NCBI GenBank assembly: GCA_963752805.1
Contig: CAVWAA010000008.1
Span: forward strand, 78,384 to 142,383
Direction of reading: 5' to 3'
Origin: Candidatus Binataceae bacterium
GTDB taxonomy: Bacteria > Desulfobacterota > Binatia > Binatales > Binataceae
Length of the DNA stretch: 64,000 nucleotides
The notes under the pieces are model-generated. The model did no database searches and was not told the origin of the DNA. It saw nothing but the letters and a program-made list of their open reading frames with translations. Of this stretch, positions 1-10,442 are shown in pieces. Position 1 is the stretch's first letter. Every line of letters begins with the position of its first letter. Position numbers and translations under genes: made by a program.

Positions 1-338
1 CATCTTCGTTTTAACTCCTGCCCCAGATAGTTAGAATTGCAGAAGGGATAATATCTTTTTCCCGTGCTTCACTGTCAGCGCCGAGCTAGCTGCGCGCAAG
101 CTCGCAATCATTTTACGCATGCAATATCACGGGTATCCAATGAACCTGTTCACTTGCTGCGGCTTCGCTCCGGTCCTTAGGCGGCGGCGCCGAAATCGCC
201 AGTCGCGTGGAAAAACTGCTTTAGTCGATGGGTCCCGTGTGATTTGCTGGAATGCTCGGCCAAGATAGATTAAAAATTTGACTCGTAAGCGCAGGGCGGC
301 CCAGGCGCCGCTCACGGTCACAAGCGCCCTCTCCTCAG

Positions 339-440
339 CCTCTCCCGCAACTAAGCGGGCGAAGGTAACAAAGGAAGGGAGCGTGACATAACCAGGCACC
401 CCTCACCCCAACCCTCTCCCGCAGCTAAGCGAGCGAGGCA
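339..440. repeat. Two copies of a ~27-bp direct repeat (ctctcccgcaRctaagcgRgcgaRg; 339-365 and 413-440) with internal short inverted repeats, upstream of fdxA
   Basis: Direct visual alignment of the two copies; each contains cccgc...gcggg-type self-complementarity. Sits in the fdxA 5' region. Confidence 0.4.
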
Positions 441-476
441 AGGGAGGGGAGCTACGTATAGAGAGGATTTGCTCTT

Positions 477-833
477 ATGCCATGGACGATAACCCGGCTC
501 TGCATCGATTGTGTTGACACGGGATGCGTCAGCGTCTGCCCGGTCGATTGCATTTACGAATATGTCGGCGACGATCACGAAAATTTTCCCAATATGCTCT
601 ATATTCATCCGGACGAATGCATCGACTGCGGCGCGTGCGAGCCTGAATGCCCCTGGCAGGCGATTTTCGAAGAACCCGCCGTCCCCGAGGTTTTCAAGGA
701 CGACATCGAACTGAACCATCGAACCGTCGATCAAGCAGAGGTATTCAAAGTGAAAAGCTTCGAAACCAAAGAGCACCCGACCGCCGAACAGGTTGCCGAA
801 AACAAAGTCAAGTGGGGTTGGACCGAAGGCTGA
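477..833 (+). CDS. fdxA: 7Fe-type ferredoxin (one 3Fe-4S plus one 4Fe-4S cluster), FdxA-like with C-terminal extension
   Basis: 118-aa ORF with [14 protein letters not shown] and [12 protein letters not shown] cysteine motifs and the conserved [11 protein letters not shown] segment, characteristic of Azotobacter-type ferredoxin I. Confidence 0.8.
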   Translation: MPWTITRLCIDCVDTGCVSVCPVDCIYEYVGDDHENFPNMLYIHPDECIDCGACEPECPWQAIFEEPAVPEVFKDDIELNHRTVDQAEVFKVKSFETKEHPTAEQVAENKVKWGWTEG

Positions 834-1084
834 CGCACAGCGGCGACTCTCTTGTCAGTATGGCACGCTCACCCGGGACTATCTTGGCAAGTCCCGCGCT
901 CGCAGGTCCTCCCACCGATCAAACCGGCGCGATCAAATCTCGCGCCGGCTTCATGTTGCTGTGGCAGTGTTCTGTTTCAGAAATCGCGCGTTCCAGGCCC
1001 AGCGGCGCGGTCGCGATTGCTCCTCCTACCTGAAGAGACTCGGCAGAGCGCTGTTTAAGCGGCTGGGATGCGGCGGTTGTCAAC

Positions 1085-2104
1085 CTATACGATTCTCTTC
1101 TGACCGTGTTTGAAGCCGCCCTGCTGCCCCGGCGGGGTACGCTCGCGCTCACGGCTACTTTCCTGGCCGCGCTCTCGACGCCGGTCACGCCCTTTTTCAC
1201 CTGGTCCTTCACGGCGTTCATCAACCGGCATTATCTCGACCGAGCGCAGGAAACCCTCACCCGATGAGCGCGTGGTGATCAATGGATCATCCTTGAGCGC
1301 CAAATGAATGATGCGCCGATCGCGAGGCGGCATCGGGTCAAGCGCCACGGCCAGGTGCTCGCGTTTAGCCTGCTCCCCTTTTGCGAGCGCCATGCGATGG
1401 AGTTGGCGCCGCCGCCGGGCACGATAGGATTCGGTGTCGATCAATACCGGTGCAGCGGCATCCTTAAGCTTGCGCGCGAGAATTCGGTTGACGACATATT
1501 CCAGTGCATCGAGCGTCTGCCCGTGACGCCCGATTAGCAGCCCGGACCCGTCGCCTTTGATGTTGAGTTCGACATTTTCGGCACTGCTGTCGTCGACGGT
1601 CTCGATTTTGGCCTTTTCGCCCATCAACTCGAGAATTCGCGCCAATACCACGGTTCCTTCGCGCGCCAGCACGGCTGGTTCAGCGAGATCGGTATGGTCG
1701 GACGGTTCCTCGGCGCTGACCGGCGCCTCCTCGATTTCGCCATCCTGCTCGATCTCCAAAACCCCGACCTCGGCGCGTGTAGTGTTGGCCGGGATGGCTG
1801 GCTCTCCGGCGGAGGTACTCGAAGTCGGGTTCGGCCGAACGGCCGTAGCCGTATCGCGACTCGGCTCATGCACGACTGGCGGTGCCGGCGGCGGTGAGGT
1901 CACACCGCTGCTGGCTGCCTCTGGGGCACGGCGCGTGACGCGAACCCGTGCCTGGCGTGCACCCAAGCCCAGGACTCCTGCACGCGGAGTGCTGAGAACC
2001 TCGATCTTGACGTCGTCCTGATCCGCGCCCAATTGTGCGAGCGCTTGAGTAATCGCTTGTTGGATAGTCGGTGCAGTTATTTCGATAGAATCATTAGGGT
2101 TCAT
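1085..2104 (-). CDS. khpB: Jag/KhpB RNA-binding protein (Jag_N, KH and R3H domains) with long Pro/Ala/Ser-rich linker
   Basis: KH-like segment LNIKGDGSGLLIGRHGQTLDALEYVVNRIL and R3H-like segment RRIIHLALKDDPLITTRSSGEGFLRSVEI. Immediately downstream of yidC, the conserved position of jag. Confidence 0.75.
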   Translation of the reverse strand: MNPNDSIEITAPTIQQAITQALAQLGADQDDVKIEVLSTPRAGVLGLGARQARVRVTRRAPEAASSGVTSPPPAPPVVHEPSRDTATAVRPNPTSSTSAGEPAIPANTTRAEVGVLEIEQDGEIEEAPVSAEEPSDHTDLAEPAVLAREGTVVLARILELMGEKAKIETVDDSSAENVELNIKGDGSGLLIGRHGQTLDALEYVVNRILARKLKDAAAPVLIDTESYRARRRRQLHRMALAKGEQAKREHLAVALDPMPPRDRRIIHLALKDDPLITTRSSGEGFLRSVEIMPVDERREGPGEKGRDRRRERGQESSRERERTPPGQQGGFKHGQKRIV

Positions 2105-3783
2105 GTCGTTGTGACGGGGCTATACTGCTTGAATTCACGGTTGAGGATAAATTGCTGGACGACGCCAAGCAGGTTGGAGAAAAAATAATAAAGAGACAAT
2201 CCAGCCGGCAATTCTATGAAGATGACGCTGAAGACTACCGGCATGTACATCATCATTTTCTGCTGACTCGGATCGGGGTTGCGCGGTGAGATCCACTGCT
2301 GCACGAACGCCGTCAACGCCATCAGCAGCACCAGCACCGGGATTCCGTGGAGGTCGGTGAATGGCACAGTCACACCCGGTATTGGCAGACAATCAGGTGC
2401 CGCCAAGTCGCGGATCCAGCCGATAAACGGCGCATTGCGCAGCTCGACCGCATTCAGCAGCGCCTCGTAAAGGCCGATAAATACCGGGAATTGAATTACC
2501 ATCGGCAGGCATCCGCCCATCGGATTGACGTGATTACGCTTGTACAGCTCCATCATCTCATGATGAAGCTTTTCCTGTTCATTTTTATACCGCTCACGAA
2601 TGCGCTCGACCTGAGGCTGCAAGCGTTGCATCTTCATCATCGAGCGCTGCCCCTTTATCGACATCGGCAGGGTTAGCAGCCGCACCATCACTGTCAGGAG
2701 GATGATAGCAACCCCATAGTTGGGCGCAACGTCATAGAACAGCTTCAGCAGGCGCAGGAAGGGGATCGCGATCACGCCCCAAAAGCCCATATCGAGCGCC
2801 TTACTGAGTGCAGGGTTGACTGATTCCAGCGTCTGCAACTCCTTCGGCCCCATATACACTTGGGTGGTGACAGCATTAACAGCCGGGAAGAGGAGCTTTG
2901 CGTCAGCCTCGCTTCCCGCGTATTCCATAGCCACCGTGCCGTGAGCAGGATTGGCCGGCAAAAACGCTGAGAGGAAGTAGCGGTCGCCGAACCCGGCGTA
3001 AGTAATACTGCCGCTCGACGCCTGTGCACCTTTTTGGAGCTGCTTTTCACCTACGCTTAAGGCTTTGCCGTTCACGTCAGACTGAAGTGTAGGGTAATCG
3101 CGGTAACCCGACAATTCAGTTAAGGGCTGACTCATCGTCAGTCCCACCCCGTCAACCTTAATGCCGCTCTCAACCTTCACGTCGGCAGCGAAGCTGAAAA
3201 CGTAACTCGAATCCGGGAATGTGAAGGTTTTCTGGATAGAGAATCCATCGCTGGTCTTGCCCGCAAAGGTCAAAGTGGCCGGGTGGCTGGCGGTCGCCTC
3301 GATTGCTGACGGCGCTTCGGTAGTATAGACAACGTCACCATCGTCCGTCGTTTTGCCCGCGGAGCTGACTAGAACGCCCATCGGCAGCCGCTCACCGGGG
3401 CGGATCATCTGGTAATCGGGGCTGTCTGGCTGACTATTTTGCTTGAACTTCTTGAGTCTGAAGCTTTCCAGCCGACCTCCATAGCCGGTTAACAGTGCTT
3501 CATAGTAGCTCGTATCGACCTTAATGGTCTGCACAGGCGCTGCGGTTATTTCCCCCCGTTTCGTCCTGCGGTTCTCCGAGGCGTTGCTCTCAGGAGCCAG
3601 AGTTATGGGCGTCGGCACGGCAGCCGACCCCTGCTTCGCAGCCCCCGATGCTCTTGCGAGCTGCTGCGCTTGTTTACTTTTGGGCCCGTAAAGGTCGGGA
3701 TACCGCCATTGCAGCAGCTCCTGGTATAGGAAAAGTATTCCGAGAACGACGACAATCGAGATGAGGAGACGATTAGTATCCAA
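2101..3783 (-). CDS. yidC: Membrane protein insertase YidC
   Basis: 560-aa ORF with N-terminal TM, large periplasmic domain, C-terminal 5-TM core (motifs GCLPMVIQFPVFIGLY, YMPVVFSVIFIELPAGLSLYY). Synteny rpmH-rnpA-yidD-yidC-jag. Confidence 0.9.
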   Translation of the reverse strand: MDTNRLLISIVVVLGILFLYQELLQWRYPDLYGPKSKQAQQLARASGAAKQGSAAVPTPITLAPESNASENRRTKRGEITAAPVQTIKVDTSYYEALLTGYGGRLESFRLKKFKQNSQPDSPDYQMIRPGERLPMGVLVSSAGKTTDDGDVVYTTEAPSAIEATASHPATLTFAGKTSDGFSIQKTFTFPDSSYVFSFAADVKVESGIKVDGVGLTMSQPLTELSGYRDYPTLQSDVNGKALSVGEKQLQKGAQASSGSITYAGFGDRYFLSAFLPANPAHGTVAMEYAGSEADAKLLFPAVNAVTTQVYMGPKELQTLESVNPALSKALDMGFWGVIAIPFLRLLKLFYDVAPNYGVAIILLTVMVRLLTLPMSIKGQRSMMKMQRLQPQVERIRERYKNEQEKLHHEMMELYKRNHVNPMGGCLPMVIQFPVFIGLYEALLNAVELRNAPFIGWIRDLAAPDCLPIPGVTVPFTDLHGIPVLVLLMALTAFVQQWISPRNPDPSQQKMMMYMPVVFSVIFIELPAGLSLYYFFSNLLGVVQQFILNREFKQYSPVTTT

Positions 3784-3794
3784 CGGTGTTCCGT

Positions 3795-4136
3795 TTAGCG
3801 CGACAGGCCTCGATGCCCGCCGATGTTAGCTTCGCTTGCGCGACGCGGCGCTGGTAAAGGATCGAAACCCCAGCCACCTAGCGGTCTGCATTTCATAAGG
3901 CGCTTGAGGGCAATCCACACGCCACGCGTAAGGCCATAACGCGCGATCGCCTCTGCGGCGTAGGCCGAACAAGTCGGCTCGAATCGGCACGCTGGTCCCA
4001 ACACTGAGAACAAAATCGGAGATAGCGCAACTCGATAAACCGCGATGACCGCGAGCGCGAGGGGTGAGAGCGATTGTGCCACGTAATAGGGGAAGACTAC
4101 GACGGGCGGCTTCCAATGCGGTTGATCACTATTCAT
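3795..4136 (-). CDS. yidD: Membrane protein insertion efficiency factor YidD
   Basis: Conserved YidD core [63 protein letters not shown]. Lies between rnpA and yidC. The true start may be internal. Confidence 0.75.
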   Translation of the reverse strand: MNSDQPHWKPPVVVFPYYVAQSLSPLALAVIAVYRVALSPILFSVLGPACRFEPTCSAYAAEAIARYGLTRGVWIALKRLMKCRPLGGWGFDPLPAPRRASEANIGGHRGLSR

Positions 4137-4512
4137 GGCCTTGCTTCAGGCGAAGCTGAACTTTCGTTACCGCATCGCCAAGTTCCCCCATTAGCGATTG
4201 CATGTCGAGTGCTCCCGCGCCTGACCGGCCAATTACTACCACGGCGGTACCGGCCGGAAGTCTCAATCGCAAGCTGAGCCGGAAGCATTCGCGTATTCGG
4301 CGCTTGATTCGATTACGGATTACCGCGTTTCCGAGCCGCCGTGAGATTGTAGTACCGAGTCGAACCGCTTGCGACTCGGGAAAGCGCACCGTGTAAACCA
4401 CAAAATGATCGCTTTGAAAGCGCGCACCCATACGCTGGACACGTAAAAACTCGGCTCGGGTGCGCAATCGGTCGGCGGCGCCGAAACCGAGTCGCGATCC
4501 GGGCCGCCCCAC
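4129..4512 (-). CDS. rnpA: Ribonuclease P protein component
   Basis: C-terminal 127 codons of the 290-aa track ORF. RnpA-like [16 protein letters not shown]...[10 protein letters not shown] region. In-frame GTG start at 4512, 6 nt downstream of the rpmH stop. The upstream part of the track ORF is shadow over rpmH. Confidence 0.8.
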   Translation of the reverse strand: MGRPGSRLGFGAADRLRTRAEFLRVQRMGARFQSDHFVVYTVRFPESQAVRLGTTISRRLGNAVIRNRIKRRIRECFRLSLRLRLPAGTAVVVIGRSGAGALDMQSLMGELGDAVTKVQLRLKQGHE

Positions 4513-4517
4513 GCCGC

Positions 4518-4676
4518 TCAACCAGGTTGCTTCGGCGGTATCGAGATCGCAAGCCGTTTCCGGCCCTTGGCGCGGCGTCGTCTGAGCACGTTGCGGCCGC
4601 CGGGCGTCGCCATCCGGGCGAGAAAGCCGTGGGTGCGTTTGCGTCGACGATTGTGGGGTTGATAAGTTCTTTTCAT
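4518..4676 (-). CDS. rpmH: 50S ribosomal protein L34
   Basis: Not in the ORF track (52 aa). Manual reverse-complement translation gives [52 protein letters not shown], a textbook L34 sequence. Positioned directly upstream of rnpA. Confidence 0.85.
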   Translation of the reverse strand: MKRTYQPHNRRRKRTHGFLARMATPGGRNVLRRRRAKGRKRLAISIPPKQPG

Positions 4677-4861
4677 CGGTCGCGGCCAGCTCCGGTCCCG
4701 AAACTCGCGCTGAGGCTCTCACCTGCGATTGAATGTCGCTCTCAGGCCGGATAATGCGGAACCACGCGGCCCTCGACATTTTTATCTCACCATAAGGCGT
4801 CGGCACGGGCAAGCGCCACCGGCTCAATCTGACCTCATCCACGGCGTAGACTCCCAGCGCT

Positions 4862-6244
4862 ATGTATCTCGAAGACACCATCGTAGCACCAGCAACGCCG
4901 CCAGGACGCGGCGCTATAGCGGTCGTGCGTCTGTCTGGACCCAGGGCTATCGAGATAGCACATAAGCTATGGCGTCCGCGGCACCAGTTAGTCCGAATCA
5001 CAGCTCGCCGACTTCAGTTAGGTGAAATTCGTGATCCCCAGAATGGTAAACCGCTCGACCGCGCGATGTGTGTGCTGATGCCCGGGCCCCGGAGCCTGAC
5101 CGGCGAGGATGTCGCCGAACTCCACTGTCATGGCGGCGTTTACCTGGTCCGCAAAATCGTCGCGCTGGCCGCAGCCGAGGGAGCAAGGATCGCCGAGCCC
5201 GGAGAATTTAGCCGCCGTGCCTTCCTCAACGGCCGCATCGATCTAACCGAAGCCGAAGCTATTGCCGACCTGATCGATTCCCGCGGCGCGAGCGCTTTGC
5301 AGCAGAGCCTGGCCCATCTGGCGGGGGCGCTAGCGGCGCGAGTGCACAGCCTGCGTAAGCAGGTGATCGCAATTCGCGCTCATCTCGAAGCCGAGATTGA
5401 TTTCAGCGACGAGGAAATCGATTTGCCCTCGCGTGAGACAATCGCCGCACGTATTGTCGCGCTAAATGACGACATCGCTGTCCTGCATCAGAGCTTCACC
5501 CAGGGGCGCTTGATCCGCGAAGGGGCACGCGCCGCCATAATCGGTAAACCCAACGTCGGCAAATCGAGCATTCTCAATCTGCTGCTTGGCGTCGAGCGCG
5601 CTATCGTCACTGCCGTTCCGGGCACCACTCGCGATGTCATTGAGGAGTCCATTGACCTTGGCGATTATTCGCTGGTTCTCCTTGACACTGCAGGTATCCG
5701 CGAGAGTCCTGAGGATGTCGAGCGAATAGGAATCGAACGGGCGCGCGCTGCGGCCAAGCAGGCTGACCTGGTAATCGCCGTGTTCGATTCCGCACGTTCG
5801 ATCGAGCCAGAAGACGCCGCGGTGATCGAGCTGGCTCAGGGGCGAAGAGGACTTGCGCTCCTTAACAAACGCGACCTTCCACAATGTATTCGCGCGAGTG
5901 ATTTGCAAAGCCGGGGGTTGTGGTTGCCAATTTTGAATTTCTGCGCGGTTACTGGCGACGGTCTCAGCCAATGCCGGGAGGGGCTCGCGCGAGAAATTGA
6001 AAAACTAGCGGGCGGAGAGATCACCAACGAAGTCGTGATATCACGTGAACGGCATCGCGACGCACTCGCCCATACGCTCGAAGCACTAAACTCGGCATTG
6101 CACGGGCTGATGGGACGGATGCCGCCGGAGATCGTTGCGGTCGATATCGCGCTAGCCGCTCAATTGCTGGGTTCTATAACCGGCGAAGTGTCAACTGAAG
6201 ACCTACTGGACGCGATCTTCCGGGAATTCTGCATTGGCAAATAG
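4862..6244 (+). CDS. mnmE: tRNA modification GTPase MnmE (TrmE)
   Basis: N-terminal [22 protein letters not shown]-domain [19 protein letters not shown], and C-terminal CIGK motif that defines MnmE. Confidence 0.9.
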   Translation: MYLEDTIVAPATPPGRGAIAVVRLSGPRAIEIAHKLWRPRHQLVRITARRLQLGEIRDPQNGKPLDRAMCVLMPGPRSLTGEDVAELHCHGGVYLVRKIVALAAAEGARIAEPGEFSRRAFLNGRIDLTEAEAIADLIDSRGASALQQSLAHLAGALAARVHSLRKQVIAIRAHLEAEIDFSDEEIDLPSRETIAARIVALNDDIAVLHQSFTQGRLIREGARAAIIGKPNVGKSSILNLLLGVERAIVTAVPGTTRDVIEESIDLGDYSLVLLDTAGIRESPEDVERIGIERARAAAKQADLVIAVFDSARSIEPEDAAVIELAQGRRGLALLNKRDLPQCIRASDLQSRGLWLPILNFCAVTGDGLSQCREGLAREIEKLAGGEITNEVVISRERHRDALAHTLEALNSALHGLMGRMPPEIVAVDIALAAQLLGSITGEVSTEDLLDAIFREFCIGK

Positions 6245-6589
6245 GTCTGCTGGTACTAAGTTGCGTAAATCCGCGTAAGGCTCGTGGCGACGGAATAGGT
6301 CTGCAATCCCTCCCCCTGACCAGAGGGAGGATCAAAAGCGTACCAACAACCCGAACATGCCACGTCGAGAACTCAAACTCTTGTAGCGCGAAATCATGCA
6401 ACTAACCACTAGGTGGAATGCGATCGCCAATTTTTTGTAGGAGCAGCTTTGATTTAACTTTCAATTGCCAATCAACGTTATGGGACACGGCGCAGCATCA
6501 TCACCAAAGAAAGCACTTCCATAAGCTCGCAAATCGGCGTATATGGGCAAGTGCGCATAGTTTTGAGTGCGTTATAAGTTTTGATTGGA

Positions 6590-6662
6590 GGGCGGTCCGC
6601 CCCGAAGGCTTCGGCACACATCGCGGTGGGGGGGAGGCCCGCTAGCGTACCTAGGACCGCCC
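6590..6662. ncRNA. Candidate structured RNA element in the unusually long mnmE-mnmG spacer
   Basis: Perfect 9-bp outer inverted repeat gggcggtcc (6590-6598) / ggaccgccc (6654-6662) enclosing inner hairpins (gccccgaaggcttcggc; gcgg-N13-ccgc). No family assignment possible by eye. Confidence 0.2.
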
Positions 6663-6852
6663 ATTCGCTCCCCTTTAAGACTGTTAGTGGGAGTCGAAAG
6701 AAATTTTATCCCAAAACCGATGCCAAAGAAACATACGCCCAATATGATCGCGCATTCCGGGCGCCCGCGCTCCAGTTTTGTTTTCGTCGTACGCCGGCAA
6801 TGGCAGACTCCCTCTGAGCGCCTCCATTAACAACGCGCTGCACGAATAACAA

Positions 6853-6888
6853 AGTCAGAGCAACGTAGTCAGAGCAACGTAGTCAGAG
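6853..6888. repeat. Tandem repeat of 14-bp unit agtcagagcaacgt (2.6 copies) ending 2 nt before the mnmG start codon
   Basis: Direct reading of 6853-6888: agtcagagcaacgt agtcagagcaacgt agtcagag followed by aATG. Confidence 0.6.
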
Positions 6889-6889
6889 A

Positions 6890-8776
6890 ATGATGAGCTA
6901 CGACGTGATCGTGGTTGGCGCCGGCCATGCCGGCATCGAGGCCTCGCTGGCGGCTGCGCGGATGGGTGCGCAGACGCTGATGATCACCTTGAACCTCGAC
7001 CACATTGGTCAGATGTCATGTAATCCTGCTATCGGCGGCATCGGCAAAAGCCATCTGGTACGCGAGATCGACGCGCTGGGTGGTGAAATGGGTGTGGCGA
7101 TTGACGAAACCGGCATCCAGTTCCGATTCCTCAATACTCGCAAAGGACCTGCAGTACGCGCTCGTCGCGCGCAAGCCGATAAGGCGGCTTATCGGGCCCG
7201 GATGAAGCGAGTGCTCGAAATCGCACCGAACCTCACGATGCGGCAGGCTAGCATCGAGCGAGTTGTCGTCGAGGATGGCGCTGTGCGTGCGGTGGAGTCG
7301 CAGATCGGCGAGAGATTCGACGCCGCTTGCGTCATCCTAACGACCGGCACTTTTCTTAAGGGCCTGGTCCACATAGGGCTCAGGAATTACAACGCCGGCC
7401 GCGCCGGTGATTTCGCCGCGATGGGCCTAAGCGAGAGTCTGGTTCAACTGGGCTTCCGTATCGGGCGCCTCAAGACCGGCACTTGTCCCCGCCTCGATGG
7501 CCGGACCATCGATTATTCCGAACTCGAACTGCAGTCCGGCGACGAGCCGCCGCCGCCATTCTCATTCCGCACCCGCTGCATCGAACAAGTTCAGATTCCC
7601 TGTTATTTGTCTTACACCAACGCCGCGACACACGAGATCATCCGGAGTGGAATCGACCGTTCACCGATGTATTCCGGCGTGATCCAGAGCCGCGGACCTC
7701 GATATTGCCCTTCAGTCGAGGACAAGGTGATGCGTTTTCGCGACAAGCAGCGTCACCAGATTTTCCTTGAACCCGAAGGTCGCGATACGGTCGAGGTCTA
7801 TCCTAACGGTCTCTCGACCAGCCTGCCGCTCGATGTCCAATTCGCTATGGTGCGCTCAATCAAAGGCCTGGAGCAGGCCGAAATCATGCGTCCCGGCTAC
7901 GCGATCGAATACGATTTTTCAGATCCGACTCAGCTTTATTCTTCGCTCGAAACCAAGCTGGTGCGCGGACTTTACTTCGCCGGGCAATTGAACGGCACGA
8001 CCGGCTACGAGGAAGCAGGTGCGCAAGGACTGCTTGCTGGAATTAATGCCGCACTTAAGGTGCGTGGCGAATTGCCGATAATTTTGCGGCGCGATGAAGC
8101 CTACATTGGTGTCATGATCGATGATCTGGTTACCCGCGGAATCGGCGGTGAGCCCTATCGGATGTTTACTTCGCGCGCCGAATACCGCCTGCTGCTGCGC
8201 GAGGATAACGCCGACCGGCGGCTATCCTCACTCGGCGAACAGCTTGGATTGCTTGGCGCCGAAGCGAGCGCTCGCGTGCGAGCAAAAACCGCGGCCGTCG
8301 AATGCGAGATAGAACGGCTGAAAACAACGCGGGTCCCGCCGTCGGGCGAGGTCAATGAGTTTCTCGCGGGTCTCGGTTCGGCTCCCATTCATACTATGGT
8401 TCGTGCTTTTGAGTTGCTGCGGCGGCCCGAGGTCCTGTATCAAGACCTGTTGCGAGTGACTGGCCTCTCGCCAATGCTCGACATCGACCAGGCGGCCGAA
8501 CTGGAGACCGAGATCAAATACGAGGGTTACGTGCGCCGCCAAACTGACGCGGTGGAGCGTTCGAAACGGCTGGAGGATACCGCAATTCCCGAATGGCTCG
8601 ATTTTAGGGCGGTGAAGGGTCTTTCAACCGAGGTGTGTGAACGCCTGTCACAGGTGCGGCCGTGCACGCTGGGTCAGGCAGCTCGGATGCCAGGGATTAC
8701 GCCAGCCGCGGTCGCATTGCTGGCTGTACAGATTCGGGCGAGGCGAACTCAAAAAATCGCCGATGAGCTCCGCTGA
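6890..8776 (+). CDS. mnmG: tRNA uridine 5-carboxymethylaminomethyl modification enzyme MnmG (GidA)
   Basis: 628-aa ORF. FAD-binding N-terminus YDVIVVGAGHAGIEASLAAARMGAQTLMIT, conserved MSCNPAIGG and GPRYCPSVEDKVMRF motifs. Confidence 0.92.
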   Translation: MMSYDVIVVGAGHAGIEASLAAARMGAQTLMITLNLDHIGQMSCNPAIGGIGKSHLVREIDALGGEMGVAIDETGIQFRFLNTRKGPAVRARRAQADKAAYRARMKRVLEIAPNLTMRQASIERVVVEDGAVRAVESQIGERFDAACVILTTGTFLKGLVHIGLRNYNAGRAGDFAAMGLSESLVQLGFRIGRLKTGTCPRLDGRTIDYSELELQSGDEPPPPFSFRTRCIEQVQIPCYLSYTNAATHEIIRSGIDRSPMYSGVIQSRGPRYCPSVEDKVMRFRDKQRHQIFLEPEGRDTVEVYPNGLSTSLPLDVQFAMVRSIKGLEQAEIMRPGYAIEYDFSDPTQLYSSLETKLVRGLYFAGQLNGTTGYEEAGAQGLLAGINAALKVRGELPIILRRDEAYIGVMIDDLVTRGIGGEPYRMFTSRAEYRLLLREDNADRRLSSLGEQLGLLGAEASARVRAKTAAVECEIERLKTTRVPPSGEVNEFLAGLGSAPIHTMVRAFELLRRPEVLYQDLLRVTGLSPMLDIDQAAELETEIKYEGYVRRQTDAVERSKRLEDTAIPEWLDFRAVKGLSTEVCERLSQVRPCTLGQAARMPGITPAAVALLAVQIRARRTQKIADELR

Positions 8777-8784
8777 TTTGGCGG

Positions 8785-8800
8785 CGTTTCACGTGAAACA
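8785..8800. promoter_or_regulatory. parS: parS centromere-like site (15/16 match to consensus TGTTTCACGTGAAACA)
   Basis: Sequence cGTTTCACGTGAAACA is a palindrome matching the ParB-binding parS consensus. Located 9 bp after the mnmG stop. Confidence 0.7.
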
Positions 8801-8949
8801 TTGTCAAATTTCGGACGCCCTCCCAATGAAATTCCCGATTTTCACCAGCACAGACGGAAGCAACAGGATTTGCGCGGCCGTAGCTTTTTTAATTTGCTCC
8901 TCGTGGACTCGTTAGCTCGGCGCCGTCATTACTCCGCCTAGAGCCCGCG

Positions 8950-9306
8950 TCATATTGGATTTATGGTTCTGGTCCGTGCCTGCTGCGGACGAAGAACTCG
9001 GCCCGTCCCGTGCTGCGAGCTCGGACCGGTCACGCGTTTGCTCGTATAGACTACCTGTACGAACTCGTTGGTGCCGACGGGCGGCGACAACACGTCTATT
9101 TTGATATCATCCGAGTTGCCGTGGGCTTCGCCCAGAGCCTCCATCAGCAGGTCGTACATCAGCGCGTTGTCGCGGTGATCCATCTTGTTTTCGTACAAGA
9201 AGACGATGTGCCCATCGGCAAGGTCGTTGACGACCTGCTTCCGGTGGATCTCGATCTTCTCTTTGCGAAGATGGCGAATGTTCCAGGAGATCACCGAGAG
9301 TTTCAT
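8950..9306 (-). CDS. Hypothetical protein, possibly an N-terminal fragment of an endonuclease/exonuclease/phosphatase (EEP) domain
   Basis: 118-aa ORF in the ~800-bp insertion between mnmG and rsmG. N-terminus MKLSVISWNIRHL...HIVFLYE weakly resembles the EEP N-terminal motif (SWNv...DIvcLQE) but is far too short for a complete domain. Confidence 0.3.
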   Translation of the reverse strand: MKLSVISWNIRHLRKEKIEIHRKQVVNDLADGHIVFLYENKMDHRDNALMYDLLMEALGEAHGNSDDIKIDVLSPPVGTNEFVQVVYTSKRVTGPSSQHGTGRVLRPQQARTRTINPI

Positions 9307-9579
9307 GGTTCAGCCGCCCTCGCGAAGCACATCGGTCCTTTTGAACCTATACGCCAAGGAGATGCAAGGCCAACCACTCGCGCGCGATTTTTACGCCGTT
9401 TCGGCTTCTTGGTTGGGCTCGGCCAGGATGAGTTGCCTGGTTGCTGGCAATCGGGCAATGGCGGGATGCTTCGCGCGGCAGCCACAGCGAGAATGACACA
9501 AGCGGCAGGTTCCCATGTCTGTAAAGCTACTTGCGGGACGCCATACTAGTTTGCGAGAGAATAACGAAAGAGAGGTCCT

Positions 9580-10335
9580 GTGGGCCGAAAATCGTTGGAG
9601 GCGGACGAGCGAAGCCATGCGAAAAACCTTGCGGCGCAGGTCCGGTACCTCGTAGCTGACTACCCTGATATCATCCGCCTAGCTTCGGAGCGTGTCCTCT
9701 TCCTGAACCGGATCGAACGGCTGGCCGCACTGATTGTCTTCTGGGGCGCCCGGATGAATCTTACCGCTGAACCAGACAATCCGGGCGAACTGGCTTTTCA
9801 TATCATCGACAGTGTGATCCCAGTTATAAGCGCCGATAGTGAAGAATTTCTGCGACACGCCTTCTGCGCCGGCAGCCGGGTGCTCGATCTTGGCAGCGGC
9901 GCCGGATTTCCTGCGTTGGTGCTGGCCTCAGCCTCGCGGGCGAACTTCACGTTGATTGAAAGCCGCCGAAAACGGTCGAGTTTCCTTGCAGTCGCCGTTG
10001 CCGAAATGGAACTGAAAAATGTCGTGGTAGAGTCCGGGCGAGTCGAGCAAAATCGCCCGAACTCCAGCCGATCGGGCAAGAACACACGGGCTAACGAAGG
10101 CCATTTTGACGTGGTCACCGCCAGGGCTTTTGCCCTCCCCTCGACATTTCATTCTTTAGCCGGCTCTGCTCTCAAGCCCGGCGGCATCGGGATTCTGTAT
10201 GCGAATCCGGGGCAGAACCTGGCTCTGCCGGACGCCGAAAAAAATGGCCTTCATGAATTTCTACCGGTAGCATACACGGTCCCACGCGGCGATCGCCTGA
10301 TTGAGCGCATCCTGGGGTTGTGGCGCCGGCGCTAG
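9580..10335 (+). CDS. rsmG: 16S rRNA (guanine527-N7)-methyltransferase RsmG (GidB)
   Basis: SAM-binding motif VLDLGSGAGFPALVLA, conserved HIIDSV and VVTARA segments. Follows mnmG as in most bacteria. Start codon uncertain. Confidence 0.85.
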   Translation: MGRKSLEADERSHAKNLAAQVRYLVADYPDIIRLASERVLFLNRIERLAALIVFWGARMNLTAEPDNPGELAFHIIDSVIPVISADSEEFLRHAFCAGSRVLDLGSGAGFPALVLASASRANFTLIESRRKRSSFLAVAVAEMELKNVVVESGRVEQNRPNSSRSGKNTRANEGHFDVVTARAFALPSTFHSLAGSALKPGGIGILYANPGQNLALPDAEKNGLHEFLPVAYTVPRGDRLIERILGLWRRR

Positions 10336-10442
10336 GTCCGGCTGGATCGCTGCCCTGAGCCGCCTTTCATCGAAAGAGGAAGGAAAGATTTTGCTTTTCC
10401 TGCAGAACGGCTATTATGATGTGGTGTGAGGAGGCGGTCTGA

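Noticed and set aside
127-399. 90-aa minus-strand ORF at the window start
   Set aside because: Spans the repeated leader motifs upstream of fdxA and is Arg-rich low-complexity. Treated as non-coding.
4677-4861. rpmH-mnmE divergent intergenic region examined for DnaA boxes / oriC
   Set aside because: Only weak TTATC-containing matches (ttatctcacc, ggataatg). No cluster of consensus TTATCCACA boxes or AT-rich unwinding element, and no dnaA gene in the window.
9010-9549. 179-aa plus-strand ORF overlapping the 8950-9306 minus-strand ORF
   Set aside because: Composition (V/H/Q/R-rich, no motif) looks like an antisense shadow ORF in high-GC DNA. The minus-strand reading has more protein-like composition.
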